DNA from: Gekko japonicus
Lineage: Eukaryota
Assembly: GCF_001447785.1 (NCBI RefSeq)
Contig: NW_015169181.1
Coordinates: forward strand, 989,643 to 1,053,642
DNA: 64,000 nucleotides
Direction: 5' to 3'
The first letter of the stretch is position 1. Every line of letters begins with the position of its first letter. The notes beneath the pieces were generated by a model, which did not search any database, was not told the DNA's origin, and saw only the letters and a program-made list of their open reading frames with translations. Made by a program: the position numbers and the translations under genes. Below, one piece after another: positions 1 to 14,200 of the stretch.

Positions 1-442
1 CTAGTGTTAACTGAAAGGCTGCTTTAGAAGTGATAACGGCACAGAAAGGCACGTGCACACAGAAGCCTGACATTTGTGGTTTACTTGAAGACACCTGAAG
101 AAAACACAACTACCCATAACACAGGGAAGCACCACAGACTACTCCTGCCCCACCCCACGTTGCTGGTACCAATCCAGAACAGTGGAAGGGCAATGGGGGG
201 GGGCTCCATTTGCAGCCCCTTACGTGACAGCCTGAGCTCCCAGTTTCCATCAGTAAAAAGAACTGGCTCCTTCCCAATTTTCTACTGTGTCAATTTGAAT
301 GTGAATTTGTTTGTACACTTTTGATTTGCAAGCACACTGATGGAAAGGTGGAACAGAACTCTAAAATAAAAGTTCTTCACAGTAGGACACACCACTCAAA
401 TGGACAGATCACTGCCTACGTGCGCAGAATACTCCTGAGACA

Positions 443-922
443 CCTGCAACTGGAGCGTGTCCAGAAGAGGGCAACCAGGAGGGTGAGAGGGTTGGAATCC
501 AAGTCTTATGAGGAAAGGCTGAAAGAGTTGGGTATGTTTAGCCTGGGAAAGAGAAGGCTTAGAGGGGACATGATTGCAGTCTTCAAATATTTGAAGGGCT
601 GTCATGTAGAAGATGGAGCGGATCTATACTCTCTTGCTCCGGATTGCAAGACTAGATCTAATGGGTGGAAATTACCAGGGAGTCGTTACCAGCTAAATAT
701 CAGGAGAAACATCCTAACTGTAAGAGTGGTTGAGCAGTGGAACAGACTGCCTCGGGAGGTGGTGGATGCTCCTTCGCTGGACGATTTCAAGCGGATGCTG
801 GGCGACCATCTTTTGGGCATGTTGTAGGGCTATCTTATGGCTATGCTCCTGCAGAGTGCAGGGCAGGGGGCTGGACCAGATGATCTGCAAGGTCCCTTCC
901 AACTCTGACATTCTATGATTCT
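443..922 (+). mobile_element. CR1 LINE 3' fragment
   Basis: LERVQKRATR...[24 protein letters not shown]...WNRLP; ATTCTATGATTCT tail. Confidence 0.92.
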
Positions 923-1161
923 AACTGCCTCGTACTACACCAGAGCACTGGTCCATGCAGGGCAGGAAAGTAGCTCTCCAGAGTCTCGAGCTGGTAACTG
1001 CCTTTCCCAACCCCCTGCTACCTGGCCTCTGGAACCAGAGCTGTCAGAGACTGAACTGGAGATGGTCTGTACTCAAAGATCTCAGGCTCTGAGGTGATGC
1101 GAGATCCACTGCAAGTCAGAACAGACAATTCTAGGACCGGCAACCGACACTTGTGTAAGAC

Positions 1162-1822
1162 TAGAGATGTGAAGGCCCAGAAAAAACCCGGGAAAATTCA
1201 GAAAAAAACCGTTTTTTTCCTGAAGCCTTTTTGGTTTTTTCCGAAAAATTGGAAAAATTGAAAAAAGAAAAGAAAAAAAATTGATTTTGGAACGTTTTAT
1301 TTTAACATGATGAATAAAATATTTTAAGACAAGGTGTTCAAATATTTTCCAAATCATTTCTAATATATATATATATATGCAAATCATTTCTAAAAAATAT
1401 GTATGGTATCAGATTGATCTAATTTCTGTGCACTGAGGACAAGCAAGTCCTAGGTTACAAACTGAACTCTCCAATGCAAGAACAAAATGCATTTCTTCCT
1501 TTAGGAGGTGCAATTGTCAGAAGAAAATAAAAAAGTTTCAGTTTTGTTTTTGCATGTGTGTGGGTATTCTGTTTGTAATAATTGTTTGGATACACTATAT
1601 TTTTAATATGCTAGTTGTGATTATTTCATGCCAAGTAAAAATGTTCATAGTCATATTTTATGTTCCTAAAGTTCCTAAAAAAGATGACTTTCAATCTAGA
1701 AAAGACAAAAGAAATGCTAATGTGTCATTTTTTTCCAAAATTTCCAAAAATTTCCGTTTTTTTCCGGGAAAAACCGGGTTTTTTTCTGAGCTTCAAAAAT
1801 TTCCGGAAATTTTACATCTCTA
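1162..1822. mobile_element. Non-autonomous hAT-type DNA transposon (MITE)
   Basis: TIRs TAGAGATGT...ACATCTCTA; 8-bp TSD TGTAAGAC/CGTAAGAC. Confidence 0.85.
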
Positions 1823-3182
1823 CGTAAGACTACTCAGCTACATTCAGTTTGTACAAGAAAAAAAATGTTAGAGAACCCCTGAATTATTTTACAAAGTTCA
1901 AACCCCAATAGGCAGAAAATTCACCAACAAAGACCAGTTTCAAAGGGGAACAAAACCAGATTTATTTTTTAAAAAAGCAAGGTACACAAGACAATATACA
2001 AAACAGAAACATTTTACCTCTTGCTAGATATGTGAAACTACAAGGATTCTTTTCCGGGAAGATGCTCTGAAGCCAAATGAAAAGCCAATGTCCCCCAAAA
2101 TGTTGTTCGGTAGACAGGGGGAAAATCCCTCAAAAACACGTTTGCACCTAGTTATTAGAAGACACTTAGGAAATTCTTTTTGAAAGGCAGGGTATAAAAC
2201 GTTTTTTGAAAACACACACCAATCTCCTGCTGTAGGTGCATTTTGCCATTCACCTGGGAAAGTGACAGCTGCTTCATCCCTCCCACAGAAGCAGTCTGGT
2301 ATCCCTGTGGCTGTTACACCAAGGAAGGAGCAGCCGGCGACCGCTGCCTGGCGCTGCAGAGCTACACTGGCTGCCTCTTCCAGTTTTCACAAGCCACAAG
2401 AGGCAGCCAGGGGAGTGTGAAGGGAACCAGCTGTGTACAAGTGTCAGCTAAGACCAATTTGCCAAAGGAAGGGCGAGGGAACCCTTGAACCCAGCAAACT
2501 AGCAGTGTTCTTGCTCCTCACAGACAAGTCGAAGTTGGTTTTGATATCTGGATTTATCTCCCTATCCCCCAAAGAAACTGCAGTGTTCCTTCCAGAGTGG
2601 ATCAGTGCGCAGTCTCTTGTGTGTGTGTGGAGGGGGGGGGAATTGTCTGGGAAATCAGGAAGGAGAGACAATGGGATGCGCCTCACCCTGCTCCACTCTT
2701 CCCCCACATCCCTTTCATCCAAGGGGGTGCGAGAGAACGTCTGCCTCGCCTCCTCTCCAGAACCAAAGAGTATCATACTGCCTACCACTCTTGGCTTGCT
2801 GAAACAGTGCACGAGAAGGGGAGGTGGAGACCACTCGAACCTCCCTCCCATAATGCTTCACTTGGCCCCTGGGGATGTCTGCCACTAGTTACTTCCCAGT
2901 TCCCAGCAACCCACAGTCCCCCAGTCCACCGGACCTGGAAAGGACGGCTCGTGAACAGGAATGAACTGCAGCTTCCAATTTGGATGCGAGGGCTCAGCAC
3001 CGACTTGGCAGAAGAGCCGAAGTGGAACTGAAGCCCGGTCTGTTCAAGCAGCAGACTGAGGTGGTGCAACTTCAGAATACAGGTGCAGTGGGGGGGGGTG
3101 CCGTTTTTTACATGCTCCCCACATGCAAAAAAATAAAATTTGCTGCAGGTTCAGATGGAAGCTAGCATGGTGGGGAGAACGG

Positions 3183-3375
3183 TTCAGGTGGGGTAGCCGT
3201 GTTGGTCTGAAGCAACAGAACAAAGTTTGAGTCCAGCGGCACCTTTGAGACCAACAAAGTTTAATTCTGGGTATAAGTTTTCGTGTGAATGCTCAGTGTG
3301 CATGCACATGACAGCTTATGCCCAAAATTAAACTTTGTCGGTCTTAAAGGTGCCCCTGGAATCAAACTTCGTTCT
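3183..3375. mobile_element. Penelope-derived palindromic short element
   Basis: GTAGCCGTGTTGGTCTG...GGCACCTTT..GACCAACAAAG inverted arms; homologous to 24650-24842 and 31668-31882. Confidence 0.7.
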
Positions 3376-4936
3376 AGTAGGGAGAACGGTTCGAGTCCAA
3401 CACCAAACCCTGCTGTGCTAGTTTTCCACATACAGCATTTAGGGCAACTTGTAAAATTTGACTTTTACCTGCACTCTGAAGTGGTACAGTCTGTTCAACC
3501 TCCCCTCCCTGAACTCATAGTATCACCTGTGTAGATCAGGGCTAGTCCACTTGCGGCGTACAAACAGAAGGACCTCAAGGCCCCTGTCAGGCTTGTTCGC
3601 AGAGTGACCTGGTTTTGGTGTGACGTCAGAGCTGTGGCTTTGTGTGGCAGAACAACCCGGGCCAATCCACTCGCTGAGAATCTGGTGAGTCATCTAAGTC
3701 AGAAAGGCACTAGTCCTAAAGGATTCTCTCATATTTTCCCAAAATGGCGAGTGATTCACTTGGAAAACTATATTCCGAAAACATTTAACTGTTTGGCAGC
3801 GAGTGGAAAAGAACAAATGGCCCTAGAGAAAGAGGAATCGCCAAATTTGCTCAACTTACCTGCATTCTCTTATCCCGTGTCTTCTAAAACAATGGCAACC
3901 TACAGGGTGCATTCTGAAGAAGGCTCTTAATATATAACTTCTATGCCAAAATTTAAAACATTTGCTAAAGCTGAGAACCCTCTGCATGTTTATTCTTTGA
4001 GCTCCACACTGCTTTTTTTCCTGGAACAAGGATCTGAATGTACTCTGAATCCCAGTTCAGAAGATACGCTGGGATAAAGCTCAGTGAAACCTGCAACACA
4101 GCCCATCCATTTGAGGATGGAACCTCGGATGTCCAAAACTTGGTGCACGAAAAGTGAGAACACCTAGGGGTAGGAAAGCTCCAATTGCCTCCTCATTGGC
4201 CTTAGATAAATCAGCACATGGCTTCGATTGTCCAAGGCCTGACCGTGGGCATGAAGGAGGCACTCAAAGCCCCATGGCACTCATAGCATTATGACTGCTG
4301 TGGAGCTCCATCCCAATTTACTTGCTTTTCTAGCAATGGGCCAAGAGCAGGCAACTGCCAGGAAAGAAGGAAGACCTTCCCCGCCCCCCCCAATCACGCG
4401 GCCCTGTGCCAAGGTCACAGCAGAGCAGCAGGTGACACTTTTCTCTGGCTGGAGAAGATTTTCGGGGCTGCTGTCCTCACCTTGAGGAACAGGCGGGCTT
4501 TGCAAGCAGCCAGAGCTGGTACCCCCACCATGGGGAGTGCAAACTTTGGCAGCATCGCCAGAAGCAGCCATCGCCAGCCAGGGTTGCAAAACCCAACGGC
4601 ACTGTGAAGCAACAGGACATCTGGTGGTAAATAACCAGGCCTCGGGTGTTGCAGATGCATTTTATCACCCGCTCCAAAAGCCCACAGGAAACAGCACCGG
4701 AGTGTAACCTTTAATACTTACAGGGGGGTCCACATAAGAAGAGTTAGTCCCAAGGGACACTGCAAACAAGCCTCTGACAACGTGGCTTCTCTTGAGGTGC
4801 TCTCAGCAGTGACTAACTTTTGTTGGGCACCACCTGGAGAGCTGACAACTAGTTAACACACACACACCCCCGCCCATCCCCTTGGCTCATCTGCTAACAG
4901 TCTGTGGTCCTTTGGGTTCCGCTCTCCCAAAGCCCG

Positions 4937-5250
4937 TTAATGGTCACCGTCCTTGTGATGGTCACTGGCCGCCTCCTCCTCGGCCGTCTCCACGTGAGGC
5001 TCTTGGCCCTCCGTCTTCCCCTCGGCCAGGCCGGCCCCTTCCAAGCTGCCCTCCTGCGGCGCCTTCGGGGCGCCTGGTTGCCCATCCCCTTGGCTGCCCT
5101 TCACCACCTCCTGGAGGTTGTACTTTCGGAAGAGAACGTAGTCCTTCACCACACTCAAGCAGCAGATGTTCTTAATTATTTCCACCACGATGGTGAACTC
5201 CGGGTTGCTCAGGTCAACTTTGTTTTCTGGATTGAGGTGGCCAACCACTC
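4937..5250 (-). CDS. THUMPD1: THUMPD1 last coding exon
   Basis: ttttgcag acceptor; GVVGHLNPENKVDLSNPEFTIVVEIIK...; TAA stop at 4939-4937. Confidence 0.95.
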
Positions 5251-8200
5251 CTGCAAAACAGAAGAAAGACGGAGGGGAAGGGGAAAAAAGATCAGGATTT
5301 GTAGAATTGTGAATATTGGGGAGACGGGAGAGATAATTTGTTCCTTCCTCTAACTGCTGGAATTCGGGGGCACTCACTGAAGCTGACGGACAGCAGAGTT
5401 GTGTCCGACAAAAATGACCCAAAATGGGAAAACCCCAAAACAAAACACATCTTCTGGAACTCATTGCCACATGTTGTCTCAACAACTGATAGCTCAGGTG
5501 GCTTTAAAAATGGAATTAGGTAAATGCTGGGAGGGCGGGTCCACTGACGAATACAAACCATAATGAATGAAACCCCCAGGTTCGGAATCAAGTCTGCCTG
5601 CTTCTAGGAGACATAACTTCACAAGTCAGCCTCCTTTCCCTCCTTTTTATTTCCCAGGGGAAGGTGTCCTTGAGAAACTCTCCGTACCAACTTGGACTGC
5701 AGATAACCAAGACATTTATCTTTCACTTGGTTGGCAACATTAGGCGTGCTGTGAATGTGACCTGTGCCTGGGAGGGGAAGGAAAAGGGGCTTTTATTCGA
5801 ATTATCTATATTAAGCTTGTGTCTGCCAAAAGTCTTCAGTTCTAACACAGTGGCTTTCTGGATCTTGCATATAACTCAATAAACGTATCACTACCAAGAG
5901 AGAGCTGTTGAGTGTAACTAGACGGGGGGGTCTGACAGGGAACCCCCCAGCTTTCCAGAACCCCCCCCCCAAAAAAAAAAAACAACAGGTAAAGGGGCTT
6001 CACCACTGAAACTGTTGAAAAATGACACCACATGACACTACACTGTGAGACCAGCAACCATTTAGCAATTGCAGGAAAACAAATGCAGCCACGTGAGAGT
6101 GGTGGGGAAGAAAGATGGCAGCAATGACAGATGGAGAAAGACGTAGGGACGAGGAAAGTCATGGAGGAAGAGGAGCAGGTAGTAAAGAAGGTGGCCACAG
6201 TAGCGGGAGAAAAGAGGACAGTGCTGGGAGCGAACAGGCAGCGAATGAGGAGATGAGGAAGTGGCGGCAACAGGGCAGGGAAGAGACGGAAGCAGGGAAG
6301 AGACGGAAGCAGCCATGGCAGTAGGGAGGAGAGACGCAAGAGAAAGCAGGGACGGGGTGTGTGTGATTTTGTCTGCTCCTGCAAGTTTCTCTCAGGTTCT
6401 CTTTGTCACCATGACAAACCATAGAACAAAGTCGGCCAACACAGGACTCCACAAACCCTGAGGCCGGCAGAGCCCACAACTCACCCCCACTCAAAAAGAC
6501 ACGCCGGGGCTCACAAAGGACCCAAGTCGCCACCCAGCAACTGCGCACGACTGCAGAATCTTCAAACATCTCATCACCAGAAGTTAGGGAAAGTGTTGCG
6601 TGACAACATTTGGTTGCAATCACAAAGCCTGATCACATAATGAAACCTTCTATAAAGGAGCCCTGCTTATATCCAGATCAAAGACTAGAGTTGAGCAAAT
6701 TAGTTTTTTAAACAAATAAGCTGAGAGTGCTTTTATGACAGACCCCGCCCACTTCCCTCCTTTGAGGCAAGGGTTTCCCCTCTGGTTTTCTTTTGTGTCC
6801 CTTCACTGACTGAGCAGCCCTGGTAGCATGTATTCTTCTCCATAAAGTAGCTTTAGCAGTCCCGCCCTGGGTCAGTAATATATAATGGCTATTTTCTCAG
6901 CCCTGGACCTGAGGGAACGGTTAAGGTCTCCCTTTAACTCAAATGACAGAAAATGGAACTTGAGACGCTTTTTAAAATTCAAAAAAACCAGAAGGTTGTA
7001 TTTAACACCAAGGGGAAAAGGTTAGGTGAAGGCAAGGGTTGAAAACACGGCGGTAAAATTATTCTTATAGATCAGGCTTGAGAGTTTCTTGAATTATTCA
7101 CAGCTACGATAGTTCTTTATTTTGAGAGGCTTATGTTCCTGAGTTTTCCCAAACCACTCCAATTCACTTTATTTGTATAGCAGCAGGCTCTTTTGGTGCC
7201 CAGAAGGCAGGTACCCCCTTCCCAGTACCCAAACCCCTTCTCTTGGAGCACCAGAAATCTTCTCCAGTTGTTAACTGACTTTCAAAGTCTCCACAAGCAG
7301 TTTCCAATCACACTAGACCAGGGATCTCTACTCCTCAGAGATAACTTTCCCTGTTTGACTGGGAAGGGATTGTTCTTCTCTCCCTAGAAGATCTATCCGC
7401 TTTTCCTTTGGCCTGGACGGGAGACTTCTTATGCTACCCAAGCCTCCTCGCCAAACCTTCCCACAGGACACTATGTTCAAACTGCTCTCAGCTAATGCTG
7501 AATTAAGACTATATTCAGTCACGGATGAATTCTGACTTTTGTCAGCACAAAAGCCCCTTTTCTGTCAGGGGGGCTAGCCTAAGATGATCTCAACACACGT
7601 CTCGACACAGTTAAGGCAGGAGTCTGACTCAATTTTTTCAGCAGCCGGCTCTCACCAAATTTTCTTTGCTCAGCTGATGCCAACCAATCAGATTGCCTGG
7701 AACAGCCTGTCACTCAAGGCTCTGTGAAGTATTAACCCTTCACAGTCCTGTAGTTTTATGTACAATACTTTATAAGTCTCTCAAAAAGTGCAGTCCGTCT
7801 CAGCCCTACATTTGACAAATTATTTGAGGTGCGTGGGTTGGATTCCTAGTAGGGTTCCCTTCTGCTGATTGCCACTGCCACTGCTGTTCTGAGTGGTGGT
7901 GGGAGAAAAATAAAAGGGCTGTCAAGCTTCTGTGCCAGTACCTCACTTCTGGGTACAACCCTGAAGGGCAACGGGTAGCTCTAGGAACTGCTGGACAATC
8001 TAGGGTTTTACCATAGGTTCCCACAGTTCCCAGGGCTACCCATTGTCACTTCTGCACTGGACCCAGAAGCGGCACAGCGACATCCCCATATATACCCCCA
8101 AGAGAACTTCGGTCCGGGGCACAACATCGCCTGGTGGTTCCAGGCCCCCGGGAGGCAAGGCTCGCCACAACTAGGACCAGATCCTTTTCAGTGGTGGCCC

Positions 8201-11200
8201 CTACCTGGCGGAACGAGCTCCCGGAGGAGATCAGGGCCCTGCGGGACCTTATGCAGTTCCGCAGGGCCTGTAAGACGGAGCTCTTCCGCCAGGCTTTCAC
8301 ATAGGGGCCACCACTACCACCGCCACCAATGAAGTGGACAACATTGGGGTTAAGGATGGCCCAGGAAGATCTGCCACAATTTCTGCGTGGCCACTGGATT
8401 TACCTGGTTGAGCTATAGGATAACATCACCCTGGAGAACCATCCGGAGACCATCTTGTTAAATTGAGTATAATTTTTATTAATTGTCATTAATGTTTTAT
8501 TACTTTTATCTGTTTTATATGGGTTTCCCCCTTGTAAGCCGCCCTGAGCCCGCTCTGTGGGGAGGGCGGGGTATAAATCTTAATAAATAAATAAATCACC
8601 CCCTCCCCGTTTTTTTGTGTGCATCCCCCCCCCCTGGCTGTTGCACCTATATCGAACCCAAAACATGCCCATCCACTGTCACACTGGAACCTTTTGCAAG
8701 AGAAGTTACCGAACCCACAGATGACCTCCATTTACACAAAGAACTATCAGAACCTACTTCAGTCATTTACACAAAGAATTATCAGAATCTACTTCAGTCA
8801 AACAATGCTTGTGGCTACTTATTTTCTCCCTCAAAATCCTTAGCAACTGACCCAGTGCCTTTTTAAACTCACCCCGCCCCTGGTGGAAGGTTTTCAAACA
8901 ATCCCTCTGAGCCTGTTCTCAAAAGCAAAAGGTTAAGCTTTGAATCAGTCTGGAATCTTGTTTCACCTGTAGCCCGTATGCCATCCTGACCATATATAGC
9001 TGGCGTACAACCAAGCTGGACCATGAGTCTTCCTTGCACAATATTGTTTCTGCTGCAACTGGAGGCTGTTCCCCGATGTCTCAGGCAGATAAAGGTCCCC
9101 CACACAAAAAAACCCAACAACACCTGCTGCATGTGATCCTTGGACTGGAGGTGCCAAGGATTGAACCCGGGCTCTTCTATGTGCACAGCAGCTCCTCTAC
9201 CACTCAGCCACAGCCCCCTCCCATCTTGCCACCTCACCTCAGCAAACAAACCACATACCTGCCAGTTCTTTGATGACTTCTTCCCGACTCAGGTGATTAT
9301 TATTGCGAGCCTTGTACACAATCTGGAAAGTGCCCTTCTTAGGAGCCTTAAACCAGGGCTCAAAGAAGGTCTCCGTGTAACGCTTCATGTCCTCCAGGAA
9401 GGCTTTGCAGGAGCCGGAAACGGGCAACATGCGCAGAATCACCCTGGTTTTCTTCTTCTTGGTGGCATGCATGTCCTTCAGGATGTGATGCACCAACTTC
9501 TCGGGTTCTACAAGAAGAAAGCACCCATTTTTCATTGACTTAATGGGAAATATAGAGCAACAAGGCTAAAATAACCAGCAAAACCTTTAAGAACAGAAAG
9601 AACCCAAACAGCCTAAAGCAAACAGTAATTTAAAGCGTAAGAAAGACTACAGTTAGTAATGCCTGCAGCAGGTCAGAAAACAGCAATTTCATATAAAGAA
9701 AATGTATATAAAATGTTTTATAGATGGTATATTACTTGAACATTTGGCTAAGTTTGACCCTAAATGTTTAAATGTTTGTTGGAAATGTCAAAATAAGATT
9801 GGTTCCTTTTATCATATGTGGTGGCTGTGTGAGAAAGCAAAAAAAATACTGGGCATGGATTCATGAAATACTACAAAAATATCTGTAATGTTTTGTACCC
9901 TTTGTTCCTGAAATGTTTTTGTTAAATATTATACCTGAGAGATGTAACAAAAATTATTCATATCTCATTTTGTACATAACTACAACTGCTAGAATACTAT
10001 ACACCAAATATTGGAGAAGAACCGAAACACCCTTGAAAAAAGAAATTTTAAATAAAATCCTGGAAACAGCCGAAATGGACAAACTAACCTTAACTTTGAA
10101 AGGCCAACCAGAAACAACTTTTGAAAGTACCTGGGCAAGGTTTTACAGTTGGTTAGAAGACTACTCCAAGTGAACAATATAATTATTGGAATCTTATTAA
10201 GGACAAATGAGCTTCAGAGCTGTTATTTTTTGCAAGAGACTTTATTAATGCTACAAGGTGAAATTCATAAATGTACTACAATTTAGACATGAGTTTGTAA
10301 AAGAAAGAACTGATAGATTAATATATCTCCCACTGCATGTTTGCTTTGTCTTTAAAAATAATAAAAATCTTTAAAAAAAAGAAAACAGAGAGGGCTCCCC
10401 ATACACACACCAATATTAACTACAGAAGAACACTCCAACTTTTATTCTAGCCCCATACAGCCAGTGCAGAGTTTTCCCTTTTTCTCTTTCAGCCTGTTCC
10501 TTCCATGGTATTTTTTTTTACAATGAAAAGACCTGTTCATTTTTATTCCTGTACCACACTTAGTCCATCATAGATATTAATGATAACAAGACTGGCCTCC
10601 CCCTGGCTGTTTTTAGTTTGGGGAGGGAGGTGGCACCGTAACCCGTCTTTCCCTCGCACTGTGGCTAAAAGCAGCCACAGGTCAGGGCTATTTTGATCAG
10701 GGGAAAAGGTGTCACGCCAAGAGTTTAAAAAGAAACCCGACCCAATCCACACCTGTGACAGACATGCAGAGGCTGTGAGGGGCTGGAAGAGGGCAAACTA
10801 ACACATAATCCAGGCAGTACAGAATTGCTACAGATGGATAGCTGTGCTGATCCTCGAACAAGTGTCAACCTGCACTGGACTGGACTCCCTGAAACAGAAA
10901 GCCACCAAATGCCCAGGTGACGGAGGGGTCCGAAAGAGGGTTTTTCACAGAGGTCATTTCGGGGGGGGGGGGAGTCGCAGTTCCCCCGGGTGAGGTGCAG
11001 GGGGCGGGGCACATGACGAAGCCCCGCCCCCTGCTTCCAGCCGCCCCGCTTCCAGCCGTCATTCAGCCAGGAGGAGGCAGGAGAAAAGGGAGGGTAAGTT
11101 GCTTCCTCCCCGCCTCTCCCCACCCCTGCCTGCCTGGGGCCAGGGAGGGCCTTGGCGGGGCTTCCTCGCACTCCCGCTGGCCTTGCAGGTCCACCGCCGG

Positions 11201-14200
11201 GCCCCTGATGTCAGGGGGTGTGGCATATGCTAATGAGTTATGCTAATGAGTTCCCCTAGCTCTTTTTCTACGAAATGACCCCTGGTTTTTCAAGTTCCAG
11301 CTGGAGCACCAATTGTGCCTGTTTCGAGAAAAGGCAGGCCCGACTGCAATCACAAATGTCTCAGGGACATCCGGGCTAGACTTCCGCAAGGCATTTTCCT
11401 GCAAATGATTCATAAAATTTAGCAGGTTCAGCCTGTGGCAGCTGGCTACACTGGTAACAAAAACCCGTCACAATGACTGCATTGCGGTTGTTCCAGGCAA
11501 ATCTCACTGGCTTTGAGCTTGCTTCCGGGTCCCACTTCGAATTGCTGGTCATAACATTCAACTCTTCGCAGGGCCTGGATTCAAGATAAGGAAGCTCTTT
11601 TTTGCAGGAACACACGATGGCTGAGGCTGGCCTCAAGGGAACCCTCTCCACAGCCTTCTCAGCACCCACAACAGCTTTCTGCAGGTCACCCCCCATCCCA
11701 CCCAGGTACGATCTCCTTGCTGGACCCTTTCTGGGTCCAGCTGAAGACTCCTTTATTCCGTAAGGCCCCTTTTAGCGTTCACTCCTCAGCCTAGTTTTGC
11801 TAGGTTCTTACATGTGAATTTTTATGGGTTTTGTTAAGTTTATATTGCTGTAACCAATACTCCCTCTAAGCTGTGGAGTCTTGTGAGCAAAAATTCTACT
11901 TTGTTAGCTACTAGCATTAAAGTTGTGAGCAAACGATTTTGGCTACTGCATAAATTAGTTGGCTCTGGAGCCATCCTCCCGGAGCTAAGACAAAAATGTG
12001 TGAACTGAAGGCTAAAAAACTGAGCTAGCTCACACTAACTCAGCTTAGACAGAACACTGGCTGTAACCTGTCTTCAGCCACGAGCCGATTCATAAAAACA
12101 AATATTGGAGCTCCTCCAGAGGGCTGCTAAACGTGAGTAGTTTGTCACCAGCTCATACTGACAATATACTTTCATTATGCAATCACATTCCGCGGTTCAT
12201 GTACACACCTACGCCCAGCGTCCGGATGAAAACGACATTGTTAGCACCACTTTCCACTGACTGGAAGCGTCTCAGCTTCTGTTCTGTCGAAGTACGGATC
12301 TGATCGACTTCCTTCTTCACAGCAGCTTCGGCATCATCTTCCTCCTCTTCCTCCTCCTCGCTTCCTGACCCTCTGCTGTCGTCGTGCTCTATGAACTGTT
12401 CACACACAGCACAGCATTGGGCCACAATCAGAGAATTGCCAGAGCTAGAACTGTGCATTAAAATATTTGCATACAGCCTTTGTCTACTCAGCAGGCCCCA
12501 AGATAGATCACAATATACAATCAGAGAACGAACTGCTAAAATAAAATATTTGCAGATGGCAACAGATTGGGAGGAGCAGTGAACACAACGGAATATAGAG
12601 CTAGAATTCAACAAGATCTGAACACACTGGGAAAGTGGGTAGATGTGAACAAGATGCAACTTAACGAGGATAAGTGCCAAGTTCTACATCTGGGTAACAA
12701 AAATGAGGAACATGCATACTAGATGTGGGATACACTTCTGAGTAGCAGTGTGTGTAAACAAGATCTTGGGGTACAGGTGGACAAGTTAAATATGAGTAGC
12801 CAGTGTGATGCACCAACAAAAAAGTGTATCAACAGAGGCATAATATCCAAATCACAAGATGTCATAGTTCTGCTGTACAGTGCCTTGGTCAGGCTGCACC
12901 TGAGTACTGCATTCAATTCTGGAGGCCTCACTTCCTAAAGGATGTGGACAGAATGGAGCAGGTGCAGAGGAGAGCAATGATGATGATTAGGGGCCTGGAG
13001 ACCAAGATCTAAGAGGAAAGGCTGAGGGGAATGTTCAGTCTGGAGAAGAGGGGGCACACGATTGCTCTCTTGAAGTATTTGAAGGGCTGTCACTTAGAGG
13101 AGGGCAGCAGAGGATAGGACTCACAATAATGGGCAGGAAGGTACTGGCTAGATATCAGGAAAAACTTTTTTTACAGTAAGAGTATTTGCCAAGCTACCTA
13201 GGGAAGTGGTGAGCTCCCCCTCACAGGCAGTCTTTAAGCAGCGGCTGGACAAACACTTGTCAGGGATGCTCTAGGGTGAGCCTGCACTGGGTGATGACTG
13301 AGCAGGGGGTTGGATTAGATGGCCTGTATGGCCCCTTCCAACATCTATGATTCAATATGATTATGTGCTGCATGGTAACTAAAATCACAACACATTCATT
13401 ATGATCCAAACAAATACAATGGGGGGGGAAGCAATTCTAAACAGCACTGCCTTACAAATGTTTTAAGCCCAACTGGAAAGCATCACAGGTCCATTTAAGT
13501 AGCAAACTGCCCCAGAGCATCGGAGAATGCCCATCACCCTCTTTCCCACAATAGCCAAGGTGCAAGGAGGCCCAAGTTCCCCTACCCCATAGGAGGTATT
13601 CAGAGAGGTATGCTACCTCTAAATGTGGCAATCCAATTATGGAGCTCCCCCTAAATTAGGGAAGAACTCCATGCCACATTTGTGGGGTTCCCAGAGACAC
13701 CTGGTTGACCACTGTGGGATAGCAGGGTACTGGGGCATATACACACTTTCACCTCAACCACCAGAACGACTTCTGTTATTAGCTATGACATCGAAATGGA
13801 TCTTCCACAATCAGTGGCAGTGTACCTCCCTGCAGAAAAGCCCCATGTACTGCTGGCGGGCATCAAGCTGGCCTCTGTTGGAAACCAAGATTCTGGACCT
13901 TTTGGCTTGATCCGGTATAGTTCCTTCTTCTGCAACAAAAGGGCCACAAAAACAGAATCTCCAATGCTCCGAGGCAGTGCACCCCTCTAGGTTGGCCTGA
14001 CCCAGGAGAGCTTGTTCAGCTACTCGGTACGGTAACGAAGCAGAACCTCCCTGCTCTGTATCTCGTTAGGGACGTTTTGGGGCTGTCTGCTTGCATCTGG
14101 CTGCTGGATCAGGCAGACCTTTGGCCCACCTGCCTCCCACCCACTCACCTGCTCGGGCCCGTACAGCTGTTCCCCGTACTCGCCCAGCAAGCTATAGGCT

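Noticed and set aside
5842-6384. 180-aa Leu/Pro/Ser-rich ORF
   Set aside because: Arises from purine-rich low-complexity sequence on the opposite strand.
8729-8798. 35-bp direct repeat pair (CRISPR-like length)
   Set aside because: Adjacent tandem copies without spacers in a vertebrate intron.
9140-9215. tRNA gene (GGATTGAACCC B-box); also 24855-24925
   Set aside because: No cloverleaf; these are heads of tRNA-derived SINEs.
11376-11696. 106-aa minus-strand ORF in THUMPD1 intron 2
   Set aside because: No recognisable homology or convincing splice signals; length is within chance expectation.
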